Shown here: positions 10,742 through 19,582 of the stretch, in pieces | Position numbering within the stretch: the stretch's first letter is position 1 | How the letters are laid out: each line of letters opens with the position of its first letter | Assembly (NCBI GenBank): GCA_002748065.1 | Contig: PDRJ01000035.1 | Coordinates: 47-64,046, forward strand | Direction of reading: 5' to 3' | Source: Bacteroidota bacterium | GTDB lineage: Bacteria > Bacteroidota > Bacteroidia > Bacteroidales > BM520 | Length of the DNA: 64,000 bases | The notes under the pieces: model-generated | Database searches by the model: none | The model's input: the letters and a program-made list of their open reading frames with translations, nothing else | Told to the model about the DNA's origin: nothing | Translations under genes and position numbers: made by a program

Positions 10742-11311
10742 TTATACGTTTACTAATTTCATATCCATATTCGCTTCCATAAGTTTAATGAGGGCAAAGA
10801 CCGCATAATTCACAATATCAAAGTAGCCGGCCTCTACCCCTTCGGAAACTTCAGCTGCTCCATGATTGTCTTCAATACGTTTGATCCTCAACAGTTTCAT
10901 CAAAATGATATCGTCCAGCGAGCTAACACGCATATTTCGCCACGCCTCACCATAATCATGGTTTTTACTCTCCATAAGCACTTTGGATTCATGAGCGTAA
11001 TGATCATAATGCTGCATCACCTTCTCCGATGGCAGATCATCACGGTCTGCCACCCCCAAATCACACTGGATCAGAGCCATGATAGCATAATTAACAATAC
11101 CGATAAATTCGGGTTCGATGCCTTCATCGATTTTATGCATACCTTTGCCCTGGATATTTTTTATTCTGTTGGCTTTAATATAAATTTGATCGGTCAACGA
11201 GGAGGGACGAAGCACACGCCAGGCGCAGCCATAATCTCTTGCCTTGGCCTGAAAAACCGACCGACAGTGGCTCATTGCCGTCTCATACTGTTGCGAGGTT
11301 TTATCACTCAT
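10742..11311 (-). CDS. DUF1599 domain protein, two tandem domain copies
   Basis: The ORF is 189 aa. The two halves align on RDYGCAWRVLRPSSLTDQIYIKANRIKNI...IVNYAIMALI versus HDYGEAWRNMRVSSLDDIILMKLLRIKRI...IVNYAVFALI. Confidence 0.75.
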   Translation of the reverse strand: MSDKTSQQYETAMSHCRSVFQAKARDYGCAWRVLRPSSLTDQIYIKANRIKNIQGKGMHKIDEGIEPEFIGIVNYAIMALIQCDLGVADRDDLPSEKVMQHYDHYAHESKVLMESKNHDYGEAWRNMRVSSLDDIILMKLLRIKRIEDNHGAAEVSEGVEAGYFDIVNYAVFALIKLMEANMDMKLVNV

Positions 11312-11352
11312 AAGTTAAAGCATCACTTTATGGAAAAATAACGGCTAAAGAT

Positions 11353-12213
11353 ATGGAAAAATCCTCAATCACGACATTCATCACCCAGGTAAAGCAAGAA
11401 GAAGAGACCAACCCATTGATCATGGGCATTTTAAACCTCACCCCCGACTCTTTTTACGATGGGGGAAGCTACCTATCGGAGCGGGAATACCTGCCACGGG
11501 TGGAACAGATGCTCAGCGAGGGCGCCGACATCATCGATCTGGGAGCCGTCTCCACCCGTCCCGGGGCCAAAGAGCTCTCCCTGGAGGAGGAGTGGGGAAG
11601 ACTGGAAACGGCACTGGAGAAGATCCTCAAACAATTCCCCTCTGCGACACTCTCAGTGGACACCTGGCGGGCAGAAATTGCCCGGCGTGCCATCGACAGG
11701 GGCGTTGCCCTTATCAACGACATCTCCGGTGGCACCATGGACCCCATGATGTTTGAGGTAATAAGCCACACCTCAGTAGCCTATATCCTTATGCATATGG
11801 TGGGCACACCAGAAACCATGCAACAAAATATCCACTATACGAATGTGGTGCGTCAAGTCTCTGACTTTTTTATCCAACGCACAGAGATGCTGGAAGAAAG
11901 GGGCTTCGAACAGATCATCCTGGATCCCGGCTTTGGCTTTGGCAAAACCATCCACCACAACTACAAACTCCTCTCCGAACTACCCGCATTGAAGATAAAG
12001 AACTACCCCCTACTGGTGGGTATCTCAAGAAAATCCATGATCTATAAGACATTGAAGACAACACCCCAAGAGTCTCTCACAGGAACAACCGTGCTAAACA
12101 CCCTGGCACTCCTCCACGGAGCCGACATCCTCCGGGTACATGATGTACGAGAGGCCAAAGAGGCCATGCTCCTCACAACGCTCTTTCAACAAACAGCAAA
12201 ACAAACCATCTAA
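11353..12213 (+). CDS. folP: dihydropteroate synthase
   Basis: IMGILNLTPDSFYDGG, IIDLGAVSTRPGA, LSVDT, INDISGG and DPGFGFGK motifs are present. Confidence 0.92.
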   Translation: MEKSSITTFITQVKQEEETNPLIMGILNLTPDSFYDGGSYLSEREYLPRVEQMLSEGADIIDLGAVSTRPGAKELSLEEEWGRLETALEKILKQFPSATLSVDTWRAEIARRAIDRGVALINDISGGTMDPMMFEVISHTSVAYILMHMVGTPETMQQNIHYTNVVRQVSDFFIQRTEMLEERGFEQIILDPGFGFGKTIHHNYKLLSELPALKIKNYPLLVGISRKSMIYKTLKTTPQESLTGTTVLNTLALLHGADILRVHDVREAKEAMLLTTLFQQTAKQTI

Positions 12214-12530
12214 GAAAATATCTACCCCCACGGAAAAGCTTAATGGCTCACTCCTTTAAAGGGGAAATACGCCCAATAAGCCCCACAGTGGTGCAGCGAT
12301 AGAACCATACAGCAATGAAATGAGAGAATAAAAGCAACGTCCAAAACCGCCCAAAACAACAAGGTGCAAATTAGTGTTCAGTTTGAACATAAAGTTAGCA
12401 TTCTGAGAGATGTTTGTATAAAACGGTCAACCTTATTTAGGCATTAACAATTAACAAATCACTAACAGCTAAATTCCAACAGCAAATAGCAACGTAATGA
12501 AGTATTTGCTGTTTTCTTGCAGAGAGTCAC

Positions 12531-12538
12531 TATCTTTG
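12531..12538 (+). promoter_or_regulatory. Bacteroidota-type -7 box TAnnTTTG (TATCTTTG), 14 nt before the cdaA ATG
   Basis: The motif matches the consensus exactly and is in the correct orientation and distance. Confidence 0.4.
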
Positions 12539-12552
12539 CAGAAATTTGTGAC

Positions 12553-13359
12553 ATGGAACCTCTTCTCTTGGACATGCTGGGATTACGTTTTTGGGACATC
12601 ATGGACATTCTGTTGGTGGCACTTATCTTGTATGTTCTATACAACTTCCTCAGGGATACCGTCGCCATTAACATTTTCTTCGGGATTGTCGCCATTTTCC
12701 TACTTTGGCAACTGGTAGACGCACTCCAAATGCAGTTGTTAAGGGAGATTCTTGGGGCTTTTGTAAGCGTAGGGTTCATTGCCCTTATTGTGGTCTTCCA
12801 GCCCGAAATCCGGAAATTTCTCCTAATGTTGGGAACGCCCAATTTTTACCATCGCCACTCACGAAAGTTCCTGTTTCGCCGGGTTCATTTTCATGATACC
12901 AATGCTGAAGTAGTGGATATTCTGGTTTCAGCATGCCACCGGTTAGCAGAAAAGAAAACCGGGGCGCTGATTATCCTTATCCGTAAAAATGGATTAAAAC
13001 AATTTTTACGCACCGGAGAAACACTCAATGCCGATTTGGGACGACAAATTCTTGAATCCATCTTTTTCAAAAACAGCCCCCTACATGATGGAGCTGTAAT
13101 CATCTCCGGAAAGAAAATTGAGGCGGCACGCTGCATCTTACCCGTTTCGGAGAACAGTGAGATCCCTCCCCATCTGGGGCTTCGGCACCGTGCAGCAACA
13201 GGCATCACGGAAATATCCGACGCCATTGCCATTGTAGTATCGGAGGAAAATGGCTCCCTGACCATTTGTGAACAGGGAGTTATACACGAAAACCTCAGTC
13301 GACTCAACTTCAAAAAAATGCTGCTTGAAGAGCTCAATATCCACACAGAAGAGAAATAG
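12553..13359 (+). CDS. cdaA: diadenylate cyclase (membrane-anchored, CdaA type)
   Basis: Three N-terminal TM helices are followed by a DAC domain (GALIILIR..., SPLHDGAVII, GLRHRAATGITE, VVSEENGSL). The start is set at ATG 12553, behind a TATCTTTG -7 box. Confidence 0.88.
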   Translation: MEPLLLDMLGLRFWDIMDILLVALILYVLYNFLRDTVAINIFFGIVAIFLLWQLVDALQMQLLREILGAFVSVGFIALIVVFQPEIRKFLLMLGTPNFYHRHSRKFLFRRVHFHDTNAEVVDILVSACHRLAEKKTGALIILIRKNGLKQFLRTGETLNADLGRQILESIFFKNSPLHDGAVIISGKKIEAARCILPVSENSEIPPHLGLRHRAATGITEISDAIAIVVSEENGSLTICEQGVIHENLSRLNFKKMLLEELNIHTEEK

Positions 13360-13369
13360 ACGCTAATTA

Positions 13370-13520
13370 GTGCCTGTCCATAAAGTCAGCGTTTTGAGAA
13401 GAGGCTGTCTAGAAAGTTCGAATTCGAGGCTTGCGAAGGCGGAAATAGGGGAGTTTACTAGGGTAAATGACCATTTGGAAGACAAGCGTAACGAAGAAGT
13501 CGGACTTTATAGACGGACTC
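13370..13520 (+). mobile_element. MITE-like intergenic element, copy A (151 nt, TA-flanked)
   Basis: It shares long blocks with copies at 22334, 48076 and 35781(-). The inverted ends GTGCCTGTCCATAAAGTC and GACTTTATAGACGGACTC match at 14 of 18 positions. TA lies at 13368-13369 and 13521-13522. The element fills the whole cdaA / GT-C intergenic space. Confidence 0.6.
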
Positions 13521-15478
13521 TAATTACACTCCTGACGAATTTTCTCGGCAGCATCTTTATAGCCCAAAACCAGGGCCTGACGCATATCAGCACAAAAAGC
13601 AGCCTTCTTCCCCAAAGCTTGATACGCCATACCACGGTTATACCAACAAGCAGCAAAAGCTGCATCTTGTTGCAGAGCTGCAGAGTAGTCGGCAACGGCC
13701 TTTTCATAAGCTCCCAGAAAAAGATAAGCATTACCCCGGTTAAAGAGGATCTTCTCCCCTCTTCCCGTTCTTCGCATACTTTCGGTATAGCAAACAATAG
13801 CCTCAGAAAAGCGTTTTTCCTCAAAAAGTGCCTCCGCACGAAGCAGTAATTGTTGCGTGCTCATCCCCTCCATCGAAAGGGCTACATCCGGCAGCAAGGA
13901 ACGCTTCTTTGCCACCGCCTCATCCCCCGGATAACGCCTCTCCAAGTCATTCAGCACCCTACGCGCCTCATCCACCCTATGCTGCTGCAATAAGGCCATA
14001 AAAAGATTGATGGAAGCACTCTTAAAGGAAGGATCCAGGGTAAGTGCCCGCCTATAATAGCATTCCGCAGAATCAAACAGCTCCTCCTTATAGAAGGAAT
14101 TTGCCAGGTTGTAATTTCCATTCACGTAAGAGGGGTTAATACGCAACACCTGCCGGTAGGCCTTGATCGCTTGGGAGTGTTGTGCATGATCAGCATACCA
14201 CCCTCCAAGATCGTACCAGGCGATAAGGGCATCCGGTTGATTCTCCACTACATCCGTCCATAACGTCTCCGAACTGGCCCACACCCGGTTTCGCCCCAGG
14301 GTATGCAGAGAGAGCCCCACCACATACACGAATAACAAAGGCAACAACACGGCCCTAAAAGCCCCTCCCCTCCGAAAGCCCTCTTCAAGATAGGAGGCCA
14401 AAATAAAGAAAAAACCGACCAAAGGAAGATAGACATAACGATCGGCCACCACCACGTTCCTCACCGGCACAACCTGCAACACAAGCAGGATATTCACCAC
14501 AAAAAAACCCAATCCAAAAACGACCACCCGGTTTCGGTTCCAACTTCGCACAAAGAGAAACAGCAGCAGAAGCACCAACCCAAAACAGAGGTAGAAGAAC
14601 CAGGGCAACACCTTGGTCTCAAGAGGATAGGGATAAATTGCGGTCATCCCGACGGGGATAAGCAGTTTCCACAGGTAGGTAATCAATGCATAGGAGGGAA
14701 TCACCACCTGTTCATGAAAGCCGAAGGTGTGCACAGGAGAGACAATCCCATAACTTTTGGTGGCCGCAATGGAGTGCAGCCCCATGGCCACGGCAAGAGC
14801 CACCCAAGGGAGCTTCTCCAGCAATACACGAAGGGAAAAAAGGCGCCTTCCCTTATAGTAATCCACCAAAAGTAGCGCCCCCACAAGAGCCACCGACTGC
14901 TCCTTACTACCAAAAGCGAGAAGAAAGGGGACAAAGGCAAGCAGAAACCACTTCCATCGCCCCGTCTCCACATAGCGAAGGTAACTCAACAACGCCACCA
15001 AAGAGAACAAGGTGTAAAGGGGAATCTTAATGGCCGCCACCCAGGCGATGGATTCGGTCTGCAACGGATGAATGGCAAAGAAAAGGGCCACCAAAAAGGC
15101 AACACGCTCCTTTCCGGACAACCGTGCTATAAAAATATAAACCAACCAAACATTGAACAGGTGTAACACCACCGAGGCAAGATGAAACACCAAGGGATTC
15201 AAGCCATCAACCTGAAAGAGAAGCACCGTAACAAGGTTTCCCACCGGACTGTACTGTCCGTGGTAATAGTTTGTAAACCACCACCCGATCCCCTGCCAGG
15301 AGAAGTCAGCAATACGAGCATTCTTTGTCACATACCAAGTGTCATCCCAGTTGGTAAAGCCATTGCCAAGTGCCGTAAGGTAAACCAGAAAGGTGAGAAG
15401 TGTCAGCACAAGCAGAGGCAACCACCGACGCCCCCCAAAGGATTGTCTATCCCAACAAGTAGTGATTCTATCAATCAT
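13520..15478 (-). CDS. GT-C fold glycosyltransferase (PMT/ArnT/TMTC-like membrane domain) with C-terminal TPR repeats
   Basis: The ORF is 652 aa. An acidic motif LGNGFTNWDDTWYV follows TM1, then about 10 more TM helices. The C-terminal ~230 aa are TPR-like (AIKAYRQVLRINPSY, AECYYRRALTLDPSF, AVADYSAALQQDAAF). Confidence 0.75.
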   Translation of the reverse strand: MIDRITTCWDRQSFGGRRWLPLLVLTLLTFLVYLTALGNGFTNWDDTWYVTKNARIADFSWQGIGWWFTNYYHGQYSPVGNLVTVLLFQVDGLNPLVFHLASVVLHLFNVWLVYIFIARLSGKERVAFLVALFFAIHPLQTESIAWVAAIKIPLYTLFSLVALLSYLRYVETGRWKWFLLAFVPFLLAFGSKEQSVALVGALLLVDYYKGRRLFSLRVLLEKLPWVALAVAMGLHSIAATKSYGIVSPVHTFGFHEQVVIPSYALITYLWKLLIPVGMTAIYPYPLETKVLPWFFYLCFGLVLLLLFLFVRSWNRNRVVVFGLGFFVVNILLVLQVVPVRNVVVADRYVYLPLVGFFFILASYLEEGFRRGGAFRAVLLPLLFVYVVGLSLHTLGRNRVWASSETLWTDVVENQPDALIAWYDLGGWYADHAQHSQAIKAYRQVLRINPSYVNGNYNLANSFYKEELFDSAECYYRRALTLDPSFKSASINLFMALLQQHRVDEARRVLNDLERRYPGDEAVAKKRSLLPDVALSMEGMSTQQLLLRAEALFEEKRFSEAIVCYTESMRRTGRGEKILFNRGNAYLFLGAYEKAVADYSAALQQDAAFAACWYNRGMAYQALGKKAAFCADMRQALVLGYKDAAEKIRQECN

Positions 15479-16419
15479 TGTTCAAGGTCTCCCCCTATTT
15501 CCCCCTTGATAAAGTAGAGAGGCCTGGATTTAGCCTCATTAAAGATCCGGGCGATATATTCGCCAATAATGCCTAAGAAAATCAGCTGTACCCCTCCCAA
15601 CAAAAGCACGGTAATCAATAACGAAGTCCAGCCTTCAGTGGTGCCATCAAGAAAGTAAATAATCAATGCATAGAGGGCATACAGCAGTCCTATAAGCGAG
15701 ATCCCTCCCCCCACATAGGCGGCAATACGGAGGGGTTTTGAAGAGAAAGAGGTAATCCCATCCACAGCAAAACGAAACATTTTTTTCAGGGAGTATTTTG
15801 TCTCTCCTGCGTAGCGTGCTTCTGCGCGGTAAGAAACCACGGCCTGGGAAAACCCCATCCACTGCACCAACCCTCGGTTAAACCGATCGCGCTCCTCCAG
15901 CACACAATAGGCCTCTACTGCAGCACGGCTCATTAACCTAAAATCAGCAGCTCCCTCCGTCAACGCTACCTCCGAAAGATTATTCATTATACGATAGAAG
16001 AGTGTAGATGTTTTCCGCTTGAGAAATTTCGCGCCTTCGGTATCCAAACGCTGAGTATTCACAATATCAAATCCCTTCTCACAATACCGAATCAACTCAG
16101 GGATCAACTCCGGAGGATGCTGCAGATCCCCATCCATGGAGACCACCATCGCTCCTCTACTGGCATGCAACCCGGCAGCCAAGGCCACCTGATGACCAAA
16201 ATTACGACTCAGCTGAATTCCTCTAACGTAAACATCGCGATCATGAAGTTGCCGGATCGCCTCAAAGGTTCCATCGCTACTGCCATCATCCACAAAAATC
16301 ACCTCATAAGATAGCGCAATATCCTGCAATACAACACTCAAACGGCGATACATCTCCGACAAATTCGGTTCCTCGTTATAACAAGGAATCACCACAGAAA
16401 GAGTAGGTGCAGGCATCAT
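15475..16419 (-). CDS. GT2 polyprenyl-phosphate glycosyltransferase (GtrB/ArnC/DPM1-like)
   Basis: LSVVIPCYNEE, VIFVDDGSSDGT, SRNFGHQ and DGDLQHPPE motifs are present, plus two C-terminal TM helices. The gene overlaps the downstream GT-C gene by 4 nt. Confidence 0.85.
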   Translation of the reverse strand: MMPAPTLSVVIPCYNEEPNLSEMYRRLSVVLQDIALSYEVIFVDDGSSDGTFEAIRQLHDRDVYVRGIQLSRNFGHQVALAAGLHASRGAMVVSMDGDLQHPPELIPELIRYCEKGFDIVNTQRLDTEGAKFLKRKTSTLFYRIMNNLSEVALTEGAADFRLMSRAAVEAYCVLEERDRFNRGLVQWMGFSQAVVSYRAEARYAGETKYSLKKMFRFAVDGITSFSSKPLRIAAYVGGGISLIGLLYALYALIIYFLDGTTEGWTSLLITVLLLGGVQLIFLGIIGEYIARIFNEAKSRPLYFIKGEIGGDLEQ

Positions 16420-16421
16420 AA

Positions 16422-16940
16422 TTACTCCTCTTGCGAATACTTTTCAAAACTTTCAATCAACTCCTCAGAACTCTTCCCCAGATACTCAATGGACATCTTC
16501 ACATCATCGGCAAATTCATTGTCAGGATAGAGTTTGAGAAAAAGGGTATAGAGCTCCCTGGCTTTCGCCACATCCCCCATATTATTATCCCATATAAACC
16601 CTTGCAAAAAAAGACATTGAGCAACCTTCTCATAGTGAGGATACTCTTTACGGATTCGAGAAAACAGGTTCAAAGCAAGAGCAGAATTACCCACATTCAT
16701 ACTCACATCGGCAGCCCGAAACAGATACTCAGGAGACCAGTGGTCTTCACTAAAGTCAGCCGCGTAATCCATATAGAGCCCCACAAGCTTCTCTGTTTGC
16801 CGGGGAGAGAGCAGTCCCATCTCTTCGTTAAACAACGACTCTTCCATTGCTGCAATCTCTTTTTGCGCTTTCTGCTCCGGGGAAGAACAAGCACTAAAAA
16901 GCATCCACACCCCCAAGATCAATAACCAAATTCTCCTCAT
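16422..16940 (-). CDS. TPR-like lipoprotein
   Basis: The ORF is 172 aa with a lipobox-like signal (LLILGVWMLFSAC). Helical repeats resemble YbgF/TPR (ALNLFSRIRKEYPHYEKV, ARELYTLFLKLYPDNEF). Confidence 0.6.
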   Translation of the reverse strand: MRRIWLLILGVWMLFSACSSPEQKAQKEIAAMEESLFNEEMGLLSPRQTEKLVGLYMDYAADFSEDHWSPEYLFRAADVSMNVGNSALALNLFSRIRKEYPHYEKVAQCLFLQGFIWDNNMGDVAKARELYTLFLKLYPDNEFADDVKMSIEYLGKSSEELIESFEKYSQEE

Positions 16941-16961
16941 AACTATTTTTTTTATGGACGA

Positions 16962-17537
16962 TCATCTTTTTCTTCTCTTCTTCAGATTTGGAAAAATCAT
17001 TTTATACCTCGCTTTGATATTTCCGGAAGCAATATCAAGCAACCGTTTCCGAAGGAGGGTCTTTCGAAGGGATGAGAGTCGATCGACAAAGAGGATTCCC
17101 TCCAGATGATCATACTCATGTTGAATAATGCGTGCGGCAATCCCATCATAGGTCTCCTCGTGAAAGTTCCATTCCCTATCGTAGTAGGTGATGGTAATTA
17201 CGGATGGTCGTTCCACATCCTCATGAATATCAGGTACACTAAGGCAACCCTCATTGAAATAGAAAGGTTCACCACTTCGCTCCGTAATCTGCGCATTGAT
17301 GAACACCTTCTTAAAATCTTTCAACTCCGGTTGATCTTCGGCATAGGGCGAAGCATCCACGATAAAGAGGCGGATGGAGCGGTTGACCTGCGGTGCCGCA
17401 AGCCCCACCCCCACCGTATGGTACATGGTTTCATACATATCTGCTATCAATTGATCCAACCCCTCATACTCCCGATCAATATCAGCGGCCACTTTTCTAA
17501 GGGTGGGGTGACCGTAGGCCGTTACAGGTAATATCAT
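16962..17537 (-). CDS. def: peptide deformylase
   Basis: GVGLAAPQV, EGCLSVP and QHEYDHLEG motifs are present. Confidence 0.93.
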   Translation of the reverse strand: MILPVTAYGHPTLRKVAADIDREYEGLDQLIADMYETMYHTVGVGLAAPQVNRSIRLFIVDASPYAEDQPELKDFKKVFINAQITERSGEPFYFNEGCLSVPDIHEDVERPSVITITYYDREWNFHEETYDGIAARIIQHEYDHLEGILFVDRLSSLRKTLLRKRLLDIASGNIKARYKMIFPNLKKRRKR

Positions 17538-17545
17538 AATCTAAT

Positions 17546-17965
17546 TTAAGGCTTACTATTCAAACTCAGCCACGACTGCAAAATCATCGTAGCGCTAATG
17601 GTGTCCACCAGTTCCTTATTTTGTCGCGCTTTCTTCCCCAATCCGGCATCACGCATGGCCTGATGTGCCATCACCGAGGTAAAACGCTCATCCATCCTGC
17701 TCACCGGGATATGAGGAAACTGCTTTTTTAATTTCTTCACAAAGGGATCTACAAACCGAGCAGCGTCAGATTTTTGATTCATCAACGTTTTAGGCTCTCC
17801 CACCACAAAACGCTCCACCTCATGTTCATCCACATAACGTTGAAGACGATGAAACAGATCCTTCACATGCACCGTTTCAAGGCCGGTAGCGATAAGTTGC
17901 AACTCGTCAGTTACAGCGAGTCCCACACGCTTCTGCCCATAATCGATGGCCATAATTCTTCCCAT
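17546..17965 (-). CDS. ruvX: Holliday junction resolvase-like nuclease RuvX (YqgF)
   Basis: The ORF is 139 aa with IMAIDYGQKRVGLAVTD and DERFTS motifs. Confidence 0.88.
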   Translation of the reverse strand: MGRIMAIDYGQKRVGLAVTDELQLIATGLETVHVKDLFHRLQRYVDEHEVERFVVGEPKTLMNQKSDAARFVDPFVKKLKKQFPHIPVSRMDERFTSVMAHQAMRDAGLGKKARQNKELVDTISATMILQSWLSLNSKP

Positions 17966-18128
17966 AGCGACAAAATCGGTGCAAAGTTAGTCAATTCCTT
18001 AGAAACCCCCTAAAGCCAACTATCGCAACAACGAAAACCAAAGAATTCGCCCCTCAACCAAAAAAATTGTACTTTTACGGATCAGAAAATTGCGGGGCAA
18101 TACGCGCTCGTTAAAACCATCTTTTTCT

Positions 18129-18950
18129 ATGACCATAAAAGAAGAACAGCAGATTATCGAACAAGCCTGGGAAGACCGAAACCTTTTAGAGAAGCCTGAA
18201 ACCAGGGAAGCCATCACGCACGTCATTGCCTGTCTTGACAAAGGGAGCTTACGGGTAGCCTCTCCGGAGGCAGAGGGATGGAAGGTCAACGAATGGGTGA
18301 AAAAAGCTGTCATCCTATATTTTCCCCTCCATGGCATGCGTACCATGGAAGCCGGCCCCATGGAGTTTTATGACAAGATCCCACTAAAGACCGGATACCG
18401 GGAGTTGGGCATCCGGGTGGTTCCTCACGCCGTATCCCGTTACGGAAGCTACATTGCCAAAGGCGTTGTATTGATGCCCTCCTATGTGAATATCGGTGCA
18501 TACGTGGATACCGGAACCATGGTGGATACGTGGGCAACGGTGGGATCCTGCGCCCAAATTGGGAAGGGGGTACACCTCTCGGGAGGCGTGGGCATCGGAG
18601 GCGTATTGGAACCGGTACAGGCTGCTCCCGTCATCATTGAAGACCACTGTTTTATCGGGTCACGCTGCATCGTGGTGGAGGGCGTTCATGTGGGGAGAGA
18701 AGCCGTATTGGGAGCGAATGTGGTACTTACGGGCTCCACCAAGATCATCGACGTAACCACAGAGAAAGCGACAGAGTATACCGGATATGTCCCGGAACGT
18801 TCAGTGGTTATTCCGGGCACAAGACCCAAGACATTTACCGCAGGGACTTACCATGTACCTTGTGCCCTTATCATTGGAAAACGGAAGCCCTCCACCGACC
18901 TCAAAACCTCCCTCAACCAGGCACTCCGCGACTATGATGTGATTGTGTAA
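18129..18950 (+). CDS. dapD: 2,3,4,5-tetrahydropyridine-2,6-dicarboxylate N-succinyltransferase
   Basis: Hexapeptide-repeat core (GAYVDTGTMVDTWATVGSCAQIGKGVHLSGGVGIGG) and a DapD-like N-terminus are present. The start is set at MTIKEEQQ. Confidence 0.88.
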   Translation: MTIKEEQQIIEQAWEDRNLLEKPETREAITHVIACLDKGSLRVASPEAEGWKVNEWVKKAVILYFPLHGMRTMEAGPMEFYDKIPLKTGYRELGIRVVPHAVSRYGSYIAKGVVLMPSYVNIGAYVDTGTMVDTWATVGSCAQIGKGVHLSGGVGIGGVLEPVQAAPVIIEDHCFIGSRCIVVEGVHVGREAVLGANVVLTGSTKIIDVTTEKATEYTGYVPERSVVIPGTRPKTFTAGTYHVPCALIIGKRKPSTDLKTSLNQALRDYDVIV

Positions 18951-18994
18951 TCAGACAACATTGCCACAGAAAATCCTTTAAATGTATCGATCCT

Positions 18995-19582
18995 ATGAAA
19001 AAAGAGATCTCCTCCTTTGCAGAAGATGTACAACAAGCGGTTAATGCCCTCAAAAATGGCGGAACACTCCTCTATCCCACAGATACGATCTGGGGCATCG
19101 GGTGTGATGCCAGTAATGTAAAGGCTATCAAAAAGGTTCATAAATTAAAAGAGCGTCCTCTGTCAAAGAATATGATCATCCTTGTGGAAGATAAGGCCCG
19201 TTTAGAACACCATGTGAGGGAGGTTCCGGAGACCCTGTGCGACCTCATTCAATCGGTCAACAAACCCCTCTCCATTATCTTTCCTCATGCCAGAAACCTT
19301 CCCAAAGAACTCATCGCCGACGATGGCACCATTGCCATTCGTATCACCCAGCACCCCTTCTGCAAAGCGATGATCACACAATTAGGACATCCCCTTGTTT
19401 CAACCTCTGCCAACCTCTCAGGAAGCCCTGCTCCAACATCATTTGAAACTATCTCCCAACAGATTAGAGAGCGCGTAAACCATATCGTTCCAAGCAGCTA
19501 TGAAACAAAAGGAAACAACCTCACTGCTTCCACGCTTATACGATTGCACTCCGACGGTACCTTTGAAGTCCTTCGCCGATAA
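18995..19582 (+). CDS. tsaC: L-threonylcarbamoyladenylate synthase (TsaC/YrdC family)
   Basis: LKNGGTLLYPTDTIWGIGCDA, KERP and STSANLSG motifs are present. Confidence 0.85.
   Translation: MKKEISSFAEDVQQAVNALKNGGTLLYPTDTIWGIGCDASNVKAIKKVHKLKERPLSKNMIILVEDKARLEHHVREVPETLCDLIQSVNKPLSIIFPHARNLPKELIADDGTIAIRITQHPFCKAMITQLGHPLVSTSANLSGSPAPTSFETISQQIRERVNHIVPSSYETKGNNLTASTLIRLHSDGTFEVLRR

Noticed and set aside
13363-13526. I first read the 7-nt direct repeats flanking the MITE-like copies as 7-bp target-site duplications. These were CTAATTA at 13363-13369 and 13520-13526, and AGATAGT at 48071-48077 and 48226-48232.
   Set aside because: That reading puts the element ends at different internal positions in copies A and C (8+5 versus 6+7 nt outside the conserved core). 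A TA duplication gives identical termini (8 and 6 nt) in all four copies. The extra identity is explained by TA, the terminal element bases, and a palindromic or tandem target (TAAT-TA-ATTA, GA-TA-GA-TA-G).
13370-13849. ORFs 13370-13849 (+), 13507-13839 (-), 22581-22775 (-) and 25443-25694 (+).
   Set aside because: They start inside or run through the repeat elements and then into the opposite strand of real genes. They are artefacts of repeat sequence.
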